NCBI GenBank assembly: GCA_035285125.1
Contig: JAYKHR010000155.1
Span: forward strand, 49,323 to 113,322
Reading direction: 5' to 3'
Length of the DNA: 64,000 bases
Source of the DNA: Candidatus Sericytochromatia bacterium
GTDB taxonomy: Bacteria; Cyanobacteriota; Sericytochromatia; S15B-MN24; JAQBPE01
Under the pieces are notes generated by a model. It was given only the letters and a program-made list of their open reading frames with translations. It was not told the DNA's origin and did no database searches. The position numbers and the translations under genes are program-made. This document shows positions 49,478-59,402 of the stretch, piece after piece; the stretch's first letter is position 1, and the number at the start of each line of letters is the position of its first letter.

Positions 49478-50926
49478 ATGCGTACGCTGCTTACGGGCAT
49501 CTTGCTCTCCGCGATGGCCCTCCCGGTCCTCGCCGCACCAGCCTCGACGCCCGCGGGCAAGCGCCTCGACGAGGCGCGTGAGGCCTACCTCGGGACGCTG
49601 GCGCGACCGATCAGCGCGGCCGACTGGGAAGCGCGCTACCGCACCAGCAGCTGGTTCTGGGAGGCCGGCCCGTCGTCGCAGCTCGGTCGCTACGACGCCG
49701 TGATCAAGGAGGTTTCGCTGGCGCAGGGCGCGCCGGACGGCCAGTTCAAGCGGCGGGCCCTCTGGGTGCGTCCCTACTCCTCTGACGCCATCGACCTCCG
49801 GGTGCTGGAGGTGCTCGATCGGGCGCAGGCGATGGGCGTCACGGAGGTCTACCTGGAGACCTTTTACCACGGTCGGGTCTCGTACGTCGGCAGCAAGGTC
49901 TTCCCGGCGCGCTGGCCGAAGCTTAACGTGGCACGGGTCTATGCCCGCGAGGCCAAGCACCGCGGCATCAAGCTCTTCGCCTGGGTTCACGCCCTGCGCT
50001 GGGGCGAGGACCAGGTGGCGTCGGGCTGGGCCGAGGGCGTGCTGAACGGCTTCGGCGACGCCCCCCAACAGGCGGAGGGCGTGGGGTCGGCGTTCGTCTC
50101 GCCCTCCTCGCCTGCCGTGCGGGAACGCCTGGTGGCGCTGACCGACGAGATCGCCCGCCTGGGCTACTTCGACGGCGTCTGGCTCGACTACCTCCGGTAC
50201 CCGCTCGCGGCTCGCTCCCGGCCCACCGGGGTGGATCCGCGGGACTTCTGGGGCTATTCGCCGTCCAGCCGGGCAGCCCTGCGCACCCAGGCTCCCGCCC
50301 TCGATGCCCCCGCATTCCGGGCCTTCCTGGCCGATGGCACCTCCCCTGACGAGGCGACCCGCCAGCAGTGGCTGTCGACGTGGCGGGGGTTCCTGGCGGG
50401 CGAACTCAAGACCCTGCTGGAGGCGATCCGCACCCGGCTGGATGGCCGCCTGAAGCTGGGGCTCGTCTTCCACCCGAGCGGCTACATGCGCCAGCACGAC
50501 CCCCGGGCCCAGGACGCGCTGGCCTGGCTGCCCCTGTGCGACGAGGTCTCGCCTATGTGCTACGCCTACGATCCCGAGGTAGACCCGCTCGACGCCTCGG
50601 CGCAGCGGGCCACGATCGACCAGGAGTTGAGCCTCGTCGAGGACGCCGTCGCCGCCTTGCCAGGCAAGCGTCCGGCACTCCTCGTCGCCCTGGCGGGCGA
50701 GCCCCAGCCGGGCCTGCCCAACCTCACGCCGCCGCGCAGGCACTGGCCGCTGCGCGCGCAGATCGCTTACCTGAAGGGACGCCGCGTCGAGGGCGCCTTC
50801 CCCCTGGTGGACGGCGTGGCGATGTTCAGCTACGGCTGGCTCTGGCCCTCCTCGGACGCCTCGCGGCGCAGCCTGGACGAGCCTGCCTGGAATGACGCGG
50901 GCCGGGCTGACAGGGCGCCACTCTGA
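49478..50926 (+). CDS. GHL10/DUF187-like glycoside hydrolase
   Basis: RALWVRP, EVYLETFYHG, DGVWLDYLRYP, SPMCY; signal peptide. Confidence 0.82.
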   Translation: MRTLLTGILLSAMALPVLAAPASTPAGKRLDEAREAYLGTLARPISAADWEARYRTSSWFWEAGPSSQLGRYDAVIKEVSLAQGAPDGQFKRRALWVRPYSSDAIDLRVLEVLDRAQAMGVTEVYLETFYHGRVSYVGSKVFPARWPKLNVARVYAREAKHRGIKLFAWVHALRWGEDQVASGWAEGVLNGFGDAPQQAEGVGSAFVSPSSPAVRERLVALTDEIARLGYFDGVWLDYLRYPLAARSRPTGVDPRDFWGYSPSSRAALRTQAPALDAPAFRAFLADGTSPDEATRQQWLSTWRGFLAGELKTLLEAIRTRLDGRLKLGLVFHPSGYMRQHDPRAQDALAWLPLCDEVSPMCYAYDPEVDPLDASAQRATIDQELSLVEDAVAALPGKRPALLVALAGEPQPGLPNLTPPRRHWPLRAQIAYLKGRRVEGAFPLVDGVAMFSYGWLWPSSDASRRSLDEPAWNDAGRADRAPL

Positions 50927-50963
50927 GCTATGATGGGGGGTGTCCAGAGGTACCCACGTTCCC

Positions 50964-52238
50964 ATGTCGCACGAGCACAGCCTCAACTGCACCCAATGCC
51001 GGCACCTGGAGGGTGAGCGCTGCGCCCTCCACGGCGTGGCGCTGACGCACCCGGCCTTCACGCTCTGCGGCCACTGCGTGAGTGCGGACGAGACGCCCGA
51101 GGTGATGCCCCGGCGGCACCCCGAGCTCCAAGAGCTCAGCCCGGACTGGCTCTACCAGCTGGACCCCGCCGGCGAGGCGACGCCCCTCCTTCAGGTCGCC
51201 CGGCGCCGTCGCAGCCGTCCCCCGACGGGACAGCTGCAGCCCCTGCCGGAGCTGCCGGCCGGGCCCGTCGGCGCGGGCTCGGCGCCGGAGGACCGCTTCG
51301 TCGGTGCCCTGGTGGGGCTTGCCCTGGGCGAGGCCCTGGGCCTCCCCGCCGAGGGCCGTTCCCCGGAGGACGTCGAGATGATCTACGGGGGCCCCCTGCA
51401 GGGCCTGGTGGGGCGCATCGGCAGGCGCCACCACTGGCCCGTCGGGCAGGTGGCGAAGGACACCCAGCTGGTGCAGCTCATCGGCGCCAGCCTGGTGGCG
51501 CACCGGGGCGAACTCGACCTCGACGACGTGGCCGAGCGCCTGGTGCGGTGGCTCCCGACGGCCCTGAAGCCCGGCAAATCGACGGTGCAGGCCGTGACGG
51601 CCCTTCGGGAGGGGCGGCACTGGTCGGTGAGCGGGGTGGACTCCAACGGCGCAGGGGGAAGTGCTCGCCTGGTGCCACTCGCCCTCGTCCGCCACACCCA
51701 GCTGGGTCGGCTTCGGCAGGACGCCGTGCTGCAGTGCCTCGTGACCCACCGGGGTTCCAAGGCCCTCGCGGGCGCGGTGCTCTTCGGAACGGCGATCGCC
51801 GCGCTGGTCGGCACCCCGCGCGGTGCCCTCGACCGGGAGGCGCTGCTCGTTCTGCTCGTGCACGCGATCCGGGGCATCGACCTCGGGGCTTCCGCCCGGC
51901 TGCACGAGGTCCGGAGCGCCCTCGCAGGCGGCACGCCAGCCCCGGAGATCGTGAAGGCCTTCAAGACCGGGGGCTTCGTCCTGGAGTGCCTGCCCTCGGC
52001 GCTGGCCTGCTTCCTGAGTCACCCCGAGGAGCCCGAGCGCGCCTTGCTGACGGCCGTCAATGCCGGCTTCGACGCCTGTGCGACAGGGGCGATGACAGGG
52101 GCCCTCGTCGGCGCCTACCTCGGCCGGACGGGCTTGCCGGAGGCCTGGCTCGCCCAGCTTGGCGTCGAGGCCCCGCTTGCGCAGCTCGCCCACGAGCTTC
52201 ACGCCCTGGCTGGACCGGGACCCTCCGCCGGCGCCTGA
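50964..52238 (+). CDS. ADP-ribosylglycohydrolase family protein with N-terminal Cys-rich domain
   Basis: GALVGLALGEALG, SNGAG..RLVP, VTH, AVNAGFD..ATGAMTGALVGA. Confidence 0.85.
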   Translation: MSHEHSLNCTQCRHLEGERCALHGVALTHPAFTLCGHCVSADETPEVMPRRHPELQELSPDWLYQLDPAGEATPLLQVARRRRSRPPTGQLQPLPELPAGPVGAGSAPEDRFVGALVGLALGEALGLPAEGRSPEDVEMIYGGPLQGLVGRIGRRHHWPVGQVAKDTQLVQLIGASLVAHRGELDLDDVAERLVRWLPTALKPGKSTVQAVTALREGRHWSVSGVDSNGAGGSARLVPLALVRHTQLGRLRQDAVLQCLVTHRGSKALAGAVLFGTAIAALVGTPRGALDREALLVLLVHAIRGIDLGASARLHEVRSALAGGTPAPEIVKAFKTGGFVLECLPSALACFLSHPEEPERALLTAVNAGFDACATGAMTGALVGAYLGRTGLPEAWLAQLGVEAPLAQLAHELHALAGPGPSAGA

Positions 52239-52301
52239 CCCGACCCGGCCGATCCCCTACGGTGGAGACGCGGCGCCCTGAGGCGCCAAGGAGGAGGCGC
52301 C

Positions 52302-52928
52302 GTGGAGTGGAACGTCATCCGGGCCACCGTGCACACCCGAGACGGTGAGGCCGGCCGGGTCTCGAAGGTGGTGCTGGATCCGGAGACCCAGCTGGTCACC
52401 CACCTCGTGGTCCACGAAGGCGTGCTCTTCGGGCGGGCCGTGCTGGTGCCGACCAACCGGGTTCGACGGGTGGTGGAGGACCACGTGTGGCTCGCGCTCG
52501 ACCACGACGAGCTGGCCGAGTTGCCGGACTTTCACCCCGAACACTTCCAGGAGGCGCCTCCTGGGGCCGGGGCCGCGATCGCCCTGCCGCTGGGCGGCGT
52601 CCTGTGGCCGCGGGCCTTTCAGGGGGCGCCACCCCCCCGCCCGACGACGCCGGACGCCCCTCATCCAGCCGAGGTCACGCTCGACGCCGGCACCGCGGTG
52701 GCCTGCAAGGACGGCCCCTGCGGCCACGTGGAGCGCCTGCTGATGGACGAGGCCTCCCATCGCCTGTCGGGCCTCGTCATTCGGCAGGGCGTGCTGTTCC
52801 AGCGTCGGGTCGCCGCCCCCGTGAGCTGGATCGAGCGCGTGGACGCCCAGGGCGTCCACCTCAAGCTGACGCGGCGCCAGGTCTCGGATATGGCGCAGTA
52901 CTTCGACGGGGGCGATCAGGACCGGTAG
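52302..52928 (+). CDS. Tandem PRC-barrel protein
   Basis: Two repeats of V...DG..G.V..V..D....(V/L)..LV...G.LF.R.V..P. Confidence 0.85.
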   Translation: MEWNVIRATVHTRDGEAGRVSKVVLDPETQLVTHLVVHEGVLFGRAVLVPTNRVRRVVEDHVWLALDHDELAELPDFHPEHFQEAPPGAGAAIALPLGGVLWPRAFQGAPPPRPTTPDAPHPAEVTLDAGTAVACKDGPCGHVERLLMDEASHRLSGLVIRQGVLFQRRVAAPVSWIERVDAQGVHLKLTRRQVSDMAQYFDGGDQDR

Positions 52929-53767
52929 TTGCGAACCAGGACCTCGTTGACCGGGCCTCGCTTGGTGGCATCGCGGTTGACCAACCGAGGGGCGGCCACG
53001 ATTTCCACGTTGAAGTCGCCGTAGAGCTCGTGGATGAGCGACGTGTCCGAGTTGCTCAGCATCACCTTGCAGCCGCGGGCATGCAGCGCCCGGTAGACGT
53101 CTGCGAGCCGTCGCTGATCGCGCTCCCCGAAGGCGCCAGCCGTGTAGCCCGTGAAGTTTGCCGTCGCCGACACCGGATGGTAGGGCGGGTCGAAGTACAC
53201 GAAATCACCCCGCCGCGCCTGGTCCAGCACGGCCTCGTATCCGGCGTGGACGGCCGCGGTGCCGGACAGCGCGAGCGACGCGGCCCGCAAGCCCGCCTCG
53301 TTGCAGATGAGCGGGTTCTTGTAGCGACCGAAGGGCACGTTGAAGCCCCCCCGCGAGTTCACGCGGTACAGGCCGTTGAAGCACGTCCGGTTGAGGTAGA
53401 TCAGCCGCGAGGCCCGCTCCACGGGGTCGAGCCGGCTCGGGTCCTTTGCCCGAAGGTCATAGAAGTATTCCGCCTCGACCCGATGGGTTCGGAGGTGTCG
53501 GATGAGGCGCTCCACATCGTCCCGGATGACCTGGTAGGCCGTGACGAGCTCGCCGTTGTCATCCGAGAGCCTTGCCTTCACGGGTTGCAAGGCGAAGAAC
53601 ACCGCTCCGCCACCCACGAATGGTTCGTGGTAAGCATTGAAGCGCTGAGGAATACGCCCCATAATCTGTGGCAGCAATGATCGCTTGCCGCCCACCCATT
53701 TCACAAATGGAGCAGCCTCGGGTATCCGTACAGGATAAATTGCTGTCTTGAATGCGGTGGTCGGCAT
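52916..53767 (-). CDS. Dam-family DNA adenine methyltransferase (orphan)
   Basis: PFVKWVGGK, EPFVGGGAV, LNRTCFNGLYRVN, DPPY, LSNS. Confidence 0.95.
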   Translation of the reverse strand: MPTTAFKTAIYPVRIPEAAPFVKWVGGKRSLLPQIMGRIPQRFNAYHEPFVGGGAVFFALQPVKARLSDDNGELVTAYQVIRDDVERLIRHLRTHRVEAEYFYDLRAKDPSRLDPVERASRLIYLNRTCFNGLYRVNSRGGFNVPFGRYKNPLICNEAGLRAASLALSGTAAVHAGYEAVLDQARRGDFVYFDPPYHPVSATANFTGYTAGAFGERDQRRLADVYRALHARGCKVMLSNSDTSLIHELYGDFNVEIVAAPRLVNRDATKRGPVNEVLVRNYRS

Positions 53768-53769
53768 AT

Positions 53770-53930
53770 GCCCAATTTAGTGACATAACCGGCACGTCCG
53801 CTGTAGGAGTCATCACAAGAGTCCACAAAATTATTTGTGACCAATACACAACCTAAGCAGACAATGGTGCATCAATCACAATTTTTTTCCCCAAACCGCT
53901 ATCATTGATAATAATTGTTATATGGCATGC
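53770..53930. promoter_or_regulatory. AT-rich intergenic region upstream of the methylase
   Basis: Sharp GC drop; CACAAA-ATTA-TTTGTG palindrome; ATAA-TAATTG-TTAT. Confidence 0.5.
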
Positions 53931-54051
53931 GGGCGCTCGGCGCGCGCCGCTGGCCCCGCCCCGGGGGCGAGGGGGCGCGGCGGACGGGAAGAGGCCGGAC
54001 CGCCAGACGACTCGGCCTCTGAGGTCTCTGCGCTGGGTGCGCGTTCGGGCG

Positions 54052-55533
54052 TCAGCGCCCGTAGAGGGCCAGGTAGGGCTTGATGTCGAGCTTGCGCGCC
54101 GTGTTGTCGGAGCTCATGTAGCGGATGGTGCCGAAGATGGGCCGCTCAGGCCCCCAGGCCCGGTCAAAACGGCCGAGGCACCAGCAGACCCCGCTGACGC
54201 TGTTGGGGTCACGCCCATCGAGCGCCCAGCGATCGTTGAGCTCCAGCAAGGTCTCCAGCGCCTCCTCGGGGCTGGCAGACCACTCCAGCACCTTCTTGCC
54301 CCACAGCATGCGCAGGTAGTTGTGGATCTTGCCGTCGCGCAGGAGCTGCCGCTGGGCGGCGTTCCAGATGGGGTCGTGGGTCTCGGCGGCTTCGAGGGCC
54401 TGCCGGTCGTAGCGGTGGGGGCGCGGGTCGGCCGCGTGCTTCGCCAGGGTGGCCCTGGCCCAGGCAGGCAAGCTCTCGTAGCGATCGTGGTGGGGCAGGG
54501 TCCGGGCGACGTTGAAGCCGACCTCTCGCCACGTGATGAGCTCATCCAGGAAGGCCTCAGCGGCCTCGGAGGCCCCCCACCAGCCTGCCTTGGAGCCCGT
54601 CGGCTTGGGCGCCAACCGGCCCGGGTGCCAGCCCTCGGCCTCCCAAACCGCCGCGATCGCCTGGTGCGCCCCGACATGCCCGAAGTGCAAGTACGGCGAC
54701 AGGCCGCTGGTGCCTGGCACGGAAGGCTCGTTGCGGTCCTCGGGGTAGCGCGACAGGCGCGCCGCCACGAAGTGGGCCAGCACCCGTCGACCCGCGGCCT
54801 CTCCGCCGCGCACGCCCGGCACGACCGGGACGGCATGGTCGATGGCGAGACCCTCTGCCCAGCCGGGCGCGCCCACCAGCAGGTCCGCCGCGGCCTCAGG
54901 CCAGCGCGCCAGGCGGGCCGAGAGGTCCGGGCGCGCCTGCGCGGCCAGGGCCTTCAGCGGGTCAGCCACCGGGAAGGCCTCGGCCTGCAGCAGGCCAGGC
55001 ACCGTCTTGTGAAGGTGACGCCGGAAGCCATGGGCCGTGGGAAACGGGGTCGGCGAGGCCGCCAGGGGCATCAGCCCGTTGCCGTCCACAGCCTCGACGC
55101 GCACGGCCAGGCCCCTGGCGGCAGCCGCCTGCACCTGCGGCACGAAGAAGCCCGGCCAGTCATCCGTCACCACGGCACAGGCATCCGCCGCCAGGGCCTC
55201 GAGCAGGCCGTCCTGCTCCCCGGGTCGGGCCTCCACATGGGTGCGGTACACCACGCCCGGCCGCCCGGCCAGGGCCTGCGCCTGGTCGGCCATGCCGTCC
55301 AGCACGAACCGGTGCATCCGGTCGTTCATGAAGCGGTGCCCCGTCCGAAGGGTCTCCAGGATCACCAGCGGCTTGCCCCACTCGTTGGCAAGCGCCACGG
55401 CCCGCTGGAGGGCGTGGTTCCAGCCCAGCCGGCGGTAGGCGATCATCCAGTAGAGCACGAACTCGCCCGCCGGCCGCGGGGGGGCCTCGTTCAGGAGGCG
55501 CAGGCGCACGGGCGACACGGCGTTCATGCCCAT
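54052..55533 (-). CDS. Class II CPD photolyase
   Basis: VLYWM, SGLSPYLHFG, IHNYLRMLWGKKVLEW, LDGRDPNS, FDRAW..ERPIFG.IRYM. Confidence 0.92.
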   Translation of the reverse strand: MGMNAVSPVRLRLLNEAPPRPAGEFVLYWMIAYRRLGWNHALQRAVALANEWGKPLVILETLRTGHRFMNDRMHRFVLDGMADQAQALAGRPGVVYRTHVEARPGEQDGLLEALAADACAVVTDDWPGFFVPQVQAAAARGLAVRVEAVDGNGLMPLAASPTPFPTAHGFRRHLHKTVPGLLQAEAFPVADPLKALAAQARPDLSARLARWPEAAADLLVGAPGWAEGLAIDHAVPVVPGVRGGEAAGRRVLAHFVAARLSRYPEDRNEPSVPGTSGLSPYLHFGHVGAHQAIAAVWEAEGWHPGRLAPKPTGSKAGWWGASEAAEAFLDELITWREVGFNVARTLPHHDRYESLPAWARATLAKHAADPRPHRYDRQALEAAETHDPIWNAAQRQLLRDGKIHNYLRMLWGKKVLEWSASPEEALETLLELNDRWALDGRDPNSVSGVCWCLGRFDRAWGPERPIFGTIRYMSSDNTARKLDIKPYLALYGR

Positions 55534-55537
55534 CCCC

Positions 55538-55912
55538 TCACGCAGGGCCGCCGGACAGCAGCTCGATCTCGTAGCCGTCCGGGTCCTCGATGAAGGCCAG
55601 CTCCCCCCCACGCGAGCGGGGACTCGGTTCCTCCGTGACCTTCACCCCCGCTGCGCGCATCGCAGCCAGGGCCTGGCCCATGTCGGGCACCTCGAAGGCA
55701 AGGTGGACGATGTCTTCGGGAAGCTGGAAGTCCGGGTCCCACGGCAGGTAGGCAAGCTCGAGCTCCGTCGGGCTCTGCGGCTGCTTCAGAAAGGCCAGCT
55801 GCGAGCCTCGCGGCGACGAAGAGCGGCCTCGCACCTCGAAGCCGAGGTGGGTCGTGTAGAACGCGATGGCGCGCTCGAGGTCGCGGACCTTCAGGCGAAC
55901 GTGCAGGAACAC
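55538..55912 (-). CDS. VOC/glyoxalase family protein
   Basis: FLHVRLKV.DLERAIAFY, ELEL, HLAF, FIEDPDGYEIEL. Confidence 0.92.
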   Translation of the reverse strand: MFLHVRLKVRDLERAIAFYTTHLGFEVRGRSSSPRGSQLAFLKQPQSPTELELAYLPWDPDFQLPEDIVHLAFEVPDMGQALAAMRAAGVKVTEEPSPRSRGGELAFIEDPDGYEIELLSGGPA

Positions 55913-55978
55913 TCGGCAACCTCCTTCAGGGGCCCCCATCCTACGCTGCCGGGCCCGGTTTGCCCAGGGTGCCGACGG

Positions 55979-56674
55979 TCAGGGGCGGCGAGCCTCGAGC
56001 GTGAGGGTCTCCAGGCGAAGGAAGCCTGCAGGCATCCGAGCCTCGTTTTCCAGGCCCCGCAGGTCGGGGTCCTCGCTCTCGCCCACCTCGCAGGCGACGA
56101 CGTCGACGAACCCCGCCTGGGTGAGCGCCAGGGCGAGGGTCTCGCGGTCGTAGATGAAGCAGTGGCCCCAGTCCCGGACGTAGTTGTTGACCACCATCGC
56201 CACCGTGGCCTCGGCGGTGTGCAGGACGTGCTCGGCAGTCCAGGCGAGGTAGCGCTGCTGGACCTCCGTCTGCTCAGGCCTGGTCAGGTCAATCAGGAAC
56301 TGCAGGTCTGGCGTGGCGATCCGGATCCGGCCCCCGGGGCGCAACACCCTGTGGCACTCCGCCAGCATCCGGCGCCCCTGCGCGAGCGGCAGGTGTTCGA
56401 TCACGTGCTCGCTGAACACGCGGTCGAGGCTCTCCGCCGGGAAGGGGTAGGGGGCCGCCGCATCAAGCCAGACCACGGACGGGTCGCAACGCCAAAGGTC
56501 GGCATTCAACCAACCTTCTAGCAGGTGGTAGCCACATCCGACGTGGAGCTTGCGCAACGTGTGGCTGCCCCAGTAGGGGCCGATGACCCGGGCGTTGTCG
56601 CGTTCGTGCTTGAGGCGACGGGCGAGGCGATACAGCGGCCCTATGCCCGGCATGTCGCGGATGAGCGCCCTCAC
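55979..56674 (-). CDS. SAM-dependent methyltransferase (Methyltransf_11-like)
   Basis: KLHVGCG, GWLNAD, HVIEHL, RVLRPGG..RIATPDL. Confidence 0.88.
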   Translation of the reverse strand: MRALIRDMPGIGPLYRLARRLKHERDNARVIGPYWGSHTLRKLHVGCGYHLLEGWLNADLWRCDPSVVWLDAAAPYPFPAESLDRVFSEHVIEHLPLAQGRRMLAECHRVLRPGGRIRIATPDLQFLIDLTRPEQTEVQQRYLAWTAEHVLHTAEATVAMVVNNYVRDWGHCFIYDRETLALALTQAGFVDVVACEVGESEDPDLRGLENEARMPAGFLRLETLTLEARRP

Positions 56675-57945
56675 AAGGCTCCCCCGACAGGGTACATCGC
56701 CCCGCGCAGCACCTGCGGCATCGTCGTGCAAATGGACCGGATGGCATCCTCGTTGTAGCGCACGTCGAGGTCGTACCACCGCCGATCGCCCTCCACCACG
56801 GGCCGTGGGTCGCGAAGCCCCGGGATGAGCTGGGCATCGGCATAAACGGCGGGGTTGGCGGCGTAGGTGGACGCACTCCGGCGAATGTCGTCGAAACGCC
56901 CCACGAGGACGCTGGTGGTGACATGCCGGAGCTCGGCCGCCGTGCACGTGGGGTGATCTTCCCAGTAGGTGGCGATGCGCCGCTTGACCAACCGTTGTTC
57001 AAGCAGGCCCGCCGCGGTGACGACGCCCCGGCGCACCGGCTGGCCGCCATAGGTGAAGCCGTCCACCACGTGCTCGGCAAGCCACAGCTTGTAGACGTCG
57101 AAGGTGCCGTTGAAGGCGGGGAGCAGCAGCGAGCGGCCCTCGATGTTGGCCTCCCGCGCCTCACGCGCGGCCGTGTCCAGCGCAGCCCGACGAAGTTCCT
57201 CGAGCATGGCTTCGATCGTTCGCGCCTCCCGCACCTCGGCGTAGGCCCGGTCCCGGTGCCAGTGGCTGCCCGACGGCGCCAGCCAGACCGGGCCACCCGA
57301 AGCCAGGCGGCTCCGCGCCGTGGTCGCGGTGATCTTGGGGAAGCTGTAGCCGACGAGCCAGGCGAAAAGGCCACGCTTCCGGTCACGCAGCCGCCCGAGG
57401 CGATCGAGTTCGACGAAGGCATCCGTGGGCAACATGCTGACGTCCACGGGGCGCGGCGTGAAGGCGGGCAACGGGGCAGGGCTGCCAGGCAGGATCACCG
57501 GGTAGAAGCGCGGCGTGAGGTAGGTCGGCTCCTCGTAGGACGTGACCTCGCCTAGCGGCTGACCCTGGGCATCGGCCCGGGCCGCCGCGGCATAGGCCGC
57601 CGTGCGCGTGGGCCCGGGAGCTGCCGGTGCCACGTCCGAGCGGGGGGCGTCGGCGGCATCGGCAATGCCCTCCTCAGGCTCAGCCTCAGCGTCAACGAGA
57701 CCCAGGGGGCCCGGGTTCGGGAGGGCGGCCACAGCAGACGCGGGCCCGTGCGGGAAGGTCTGCGGCGCGGCCGCCGCCACGCCCGGGAGGGCGGGCTGAG
57801 ACACGGCCGTCGCCTCGCCCGCGAGGGAGGCCTTGGGCCCCGCTGTCGCGGCACCTGAACGGGCCAGCAGCGTCGCCGCAGGACCAGCGCCACAGCCCGG
57901 TAGGCCGACCAGAAGGAGGGCGAGGGCGATCCAGGGGCGACGCAT
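56671..57945 (-). CDS. Hypothetical lipoprotein
   Basis: GGAGG RBS, lipobox LPGC, Ala/Pro-rich linker followed by a globular domain. Confidence 0.75.
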   Translation of the reverse strand: MRRPWIALALLLVGLPGCGAGPAATLLARSGAATAGPKASLAGEATAVSQPALPGVAAAAPQTFPHGPASAVAALPNPGPLGLVDAEAEPEEGIADAADAPRSDVAPAAPGPTRTAAYAAAARADAQGQPLGEVTSYEEPTYLTPRFYPVILPGSPAPLPAFTPRPVDVSMLPTDAFVELDRLGRLRDRKRGLFAWLVGYSFPKITATTARSRLASGGPVWLAPSGSHWHRDRAYAEVREARTIEAMLEELRRAALDTAAREAREANIEGRSLLLPAFNGTFDVYKLWLAEHVVDGFTYGGQPVRRGVVTAAGLLEQRLVKRRIATYWEDHPTCTAAELRHVTTSVLVGRFDDIRRSASTYAANPAVYADAQLIPGLRDPRPVVEGDRRWYDLDVRYNEDAIRSICTTMPQVLRGAMYPVGGAL

Positions 57946-58037
57946 CGGGACCTCCCAGCAAAGGTTAACGGCAGACCAAGCTAATTATAAGAATAAGGGC
58001 TCGGGCGGCGGCGTGCAATCCCCAGGGAGGAGCAGGG

Positions 58038-59345
58038 TCAGGCCATCCCCTGTCCAGCTGGCGCCTCGGCCAGGGCGGCGACGCGCAGCGGCACCGGGGG
58101 GTGGCTGTCGTGGAAGGCCGAGAACCAGCGGTCGGTGGTCAGGGGCTGGCCGTTGTCGCGGCTGAGGGCGATCAGGCCCTCGCTCAGGACCTGGCCGCCC
58201 GTCTCCCGCGCAGCCCACGCATCCGCCTCGAACTCGTAGCGGCGGCTGAGGGAGCTGATCAGCGGCTGCAGCGGCACGGTGGCGACCGGCAAAGCCAGGA
58301 AGAAGGCGATCAGCGAGGCGACGTCCCCCACGGCCTGAGGCGCCGCGGCCACCACCTCCGGCGCCACGCCCACCCAGGCGAGCCAGCCCGGGTGATCCAG
58401 CCAGAGCCCGAAGGCGGCCAGGCCCACGAGCGCCAGCAGCAAAAACAGCCCGAGCTGGCGCGGGACGTGGCCGCACCGCGCATGGGCGATCTCGTGGGCC
58501 AGCACCGCCTCGACCTGCGGCTCGGTGAGCTGCGCCAGCAGGGTGTCGAACAGCACGATCCGCCGGCTCCGCCCCATGCCGGCGAAGTAGGCATTGCCGT
58601 GAGAGCTGCGCGAGCTGCCATCCATGACGTAGAGGCCCTGGGCCGGAAAGCTCAGGCGTTCGAGCAAGGCCTCCAGGCGCGTGCGCAGGGGCCCCTCCGG
58701 CAGGGGCTCGAAGCGGTTGAACCACGGGGCGATCACCAGCGGGAAAAGCACCTGCATCAGCATCATGAAGGCGGCAAAGCCGGCCCACAGCGCGAGCCAC
58801 CAGGCCGGGCCCAGCGCCGTCCGCTGGAGCACCAGCCACAGCCCGAAGGCCATCAGCCCCCCCCCGAGCACCAGCATCACCACGGAGGCCTTGAGCTGGT
58901 CGAGGAGAAAGGTCCGCCAGGAGGTGCGGTTGAAGCCGTGGCGCTCCTCCACGCCGAACTGGGCCCAGGCGGCCAACGGGCTGTCGACCAGGAGCGCGCG
59001 CAGGAACTCCAGCCCCAATCCCAGCCCGAGGGCTGCGGCGAAGGCAGCCTGCGGGCTGGCCGAGGCAAGCGGCGACACCAACGCCACGCCGGCCGCCAGG
59101 CCGCCGCCGACCGTCATCGCCAGGAGCCAGCCGTGCTGAGCCAGGGCCCCCACGTCCGCGACGCGCAGGCTGTCGAGGTGGTAATCGACGGCCCGCTGGT
59201 GCTGCGCCAGCGTCACGTGCGAGGCAAAGGCCGGGGGCACGGCGCCTCGGGCCGCGAGGAGGTGCCGACGCTGGCGCGCATTGAGGCCCCACGTGAGCCC
59301 CAGGACCAGGGCCACGACGGCTACGAAGACAGACCAGCCGGGCAT
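58038..59345 (-). CDS. M48 (Ste24-like) membrane zinc metallopeptidase
   Basis: EERHGFN, DGSSRSSHGNAYFAG, HEIAH, EFEAD, HDSHPP. Confidence 0.95.
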   Translation of the reverse strand: MPGWSVFVAVVALVLGLTWGLNARQRRHLLAARGAVPPAFASHVTLAQHQRAVDYHLDSLRVADVGALAQHGWLLAMTVGGGLAAGVALVSPLASASPQAAFAAALGLGLGLEFLRALLVDSPLAAWAQFGVEERHGFNRTSWRTFLLDQLKASVVMLVLGGGLMAFGLWLVLQRTALGPAWWLALWAGFAAFMMLMQVLFPLVIAPWFNRFEPLPEGPLRTRLEALLERLSFPAQGLYVMDGSSRSSHGNAYFAGMGRSRRIVLFDTLLAQLTEPQVEAVLAHEIAHARCGHVPRQLGLFLLLALVGLAAFGLWLDHPGWLAWVGVAPEVVAAAPQAVGDVASLIAFFLALPVATVPLQPLISSLSRRYEFEADAWAARETGGQVLSEGLIALSRDNGQPLTTDRWFSAFHDSHPPVPLRVAALAEAPAGQGMA

Positions 59346-59402
59346 GGTGAACCTCCAAAGAGCGTCGCGCGGGCCGTGGGGGCTTGCTACAGATAAGAGT
59401 GA

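Noticed and set aside
53700..53885. Canonical oriC DnaA boxes
   Set aside because: CACA motifs have two or more mismatches to TTATNCACA and no dnaA/dnaN is nearby
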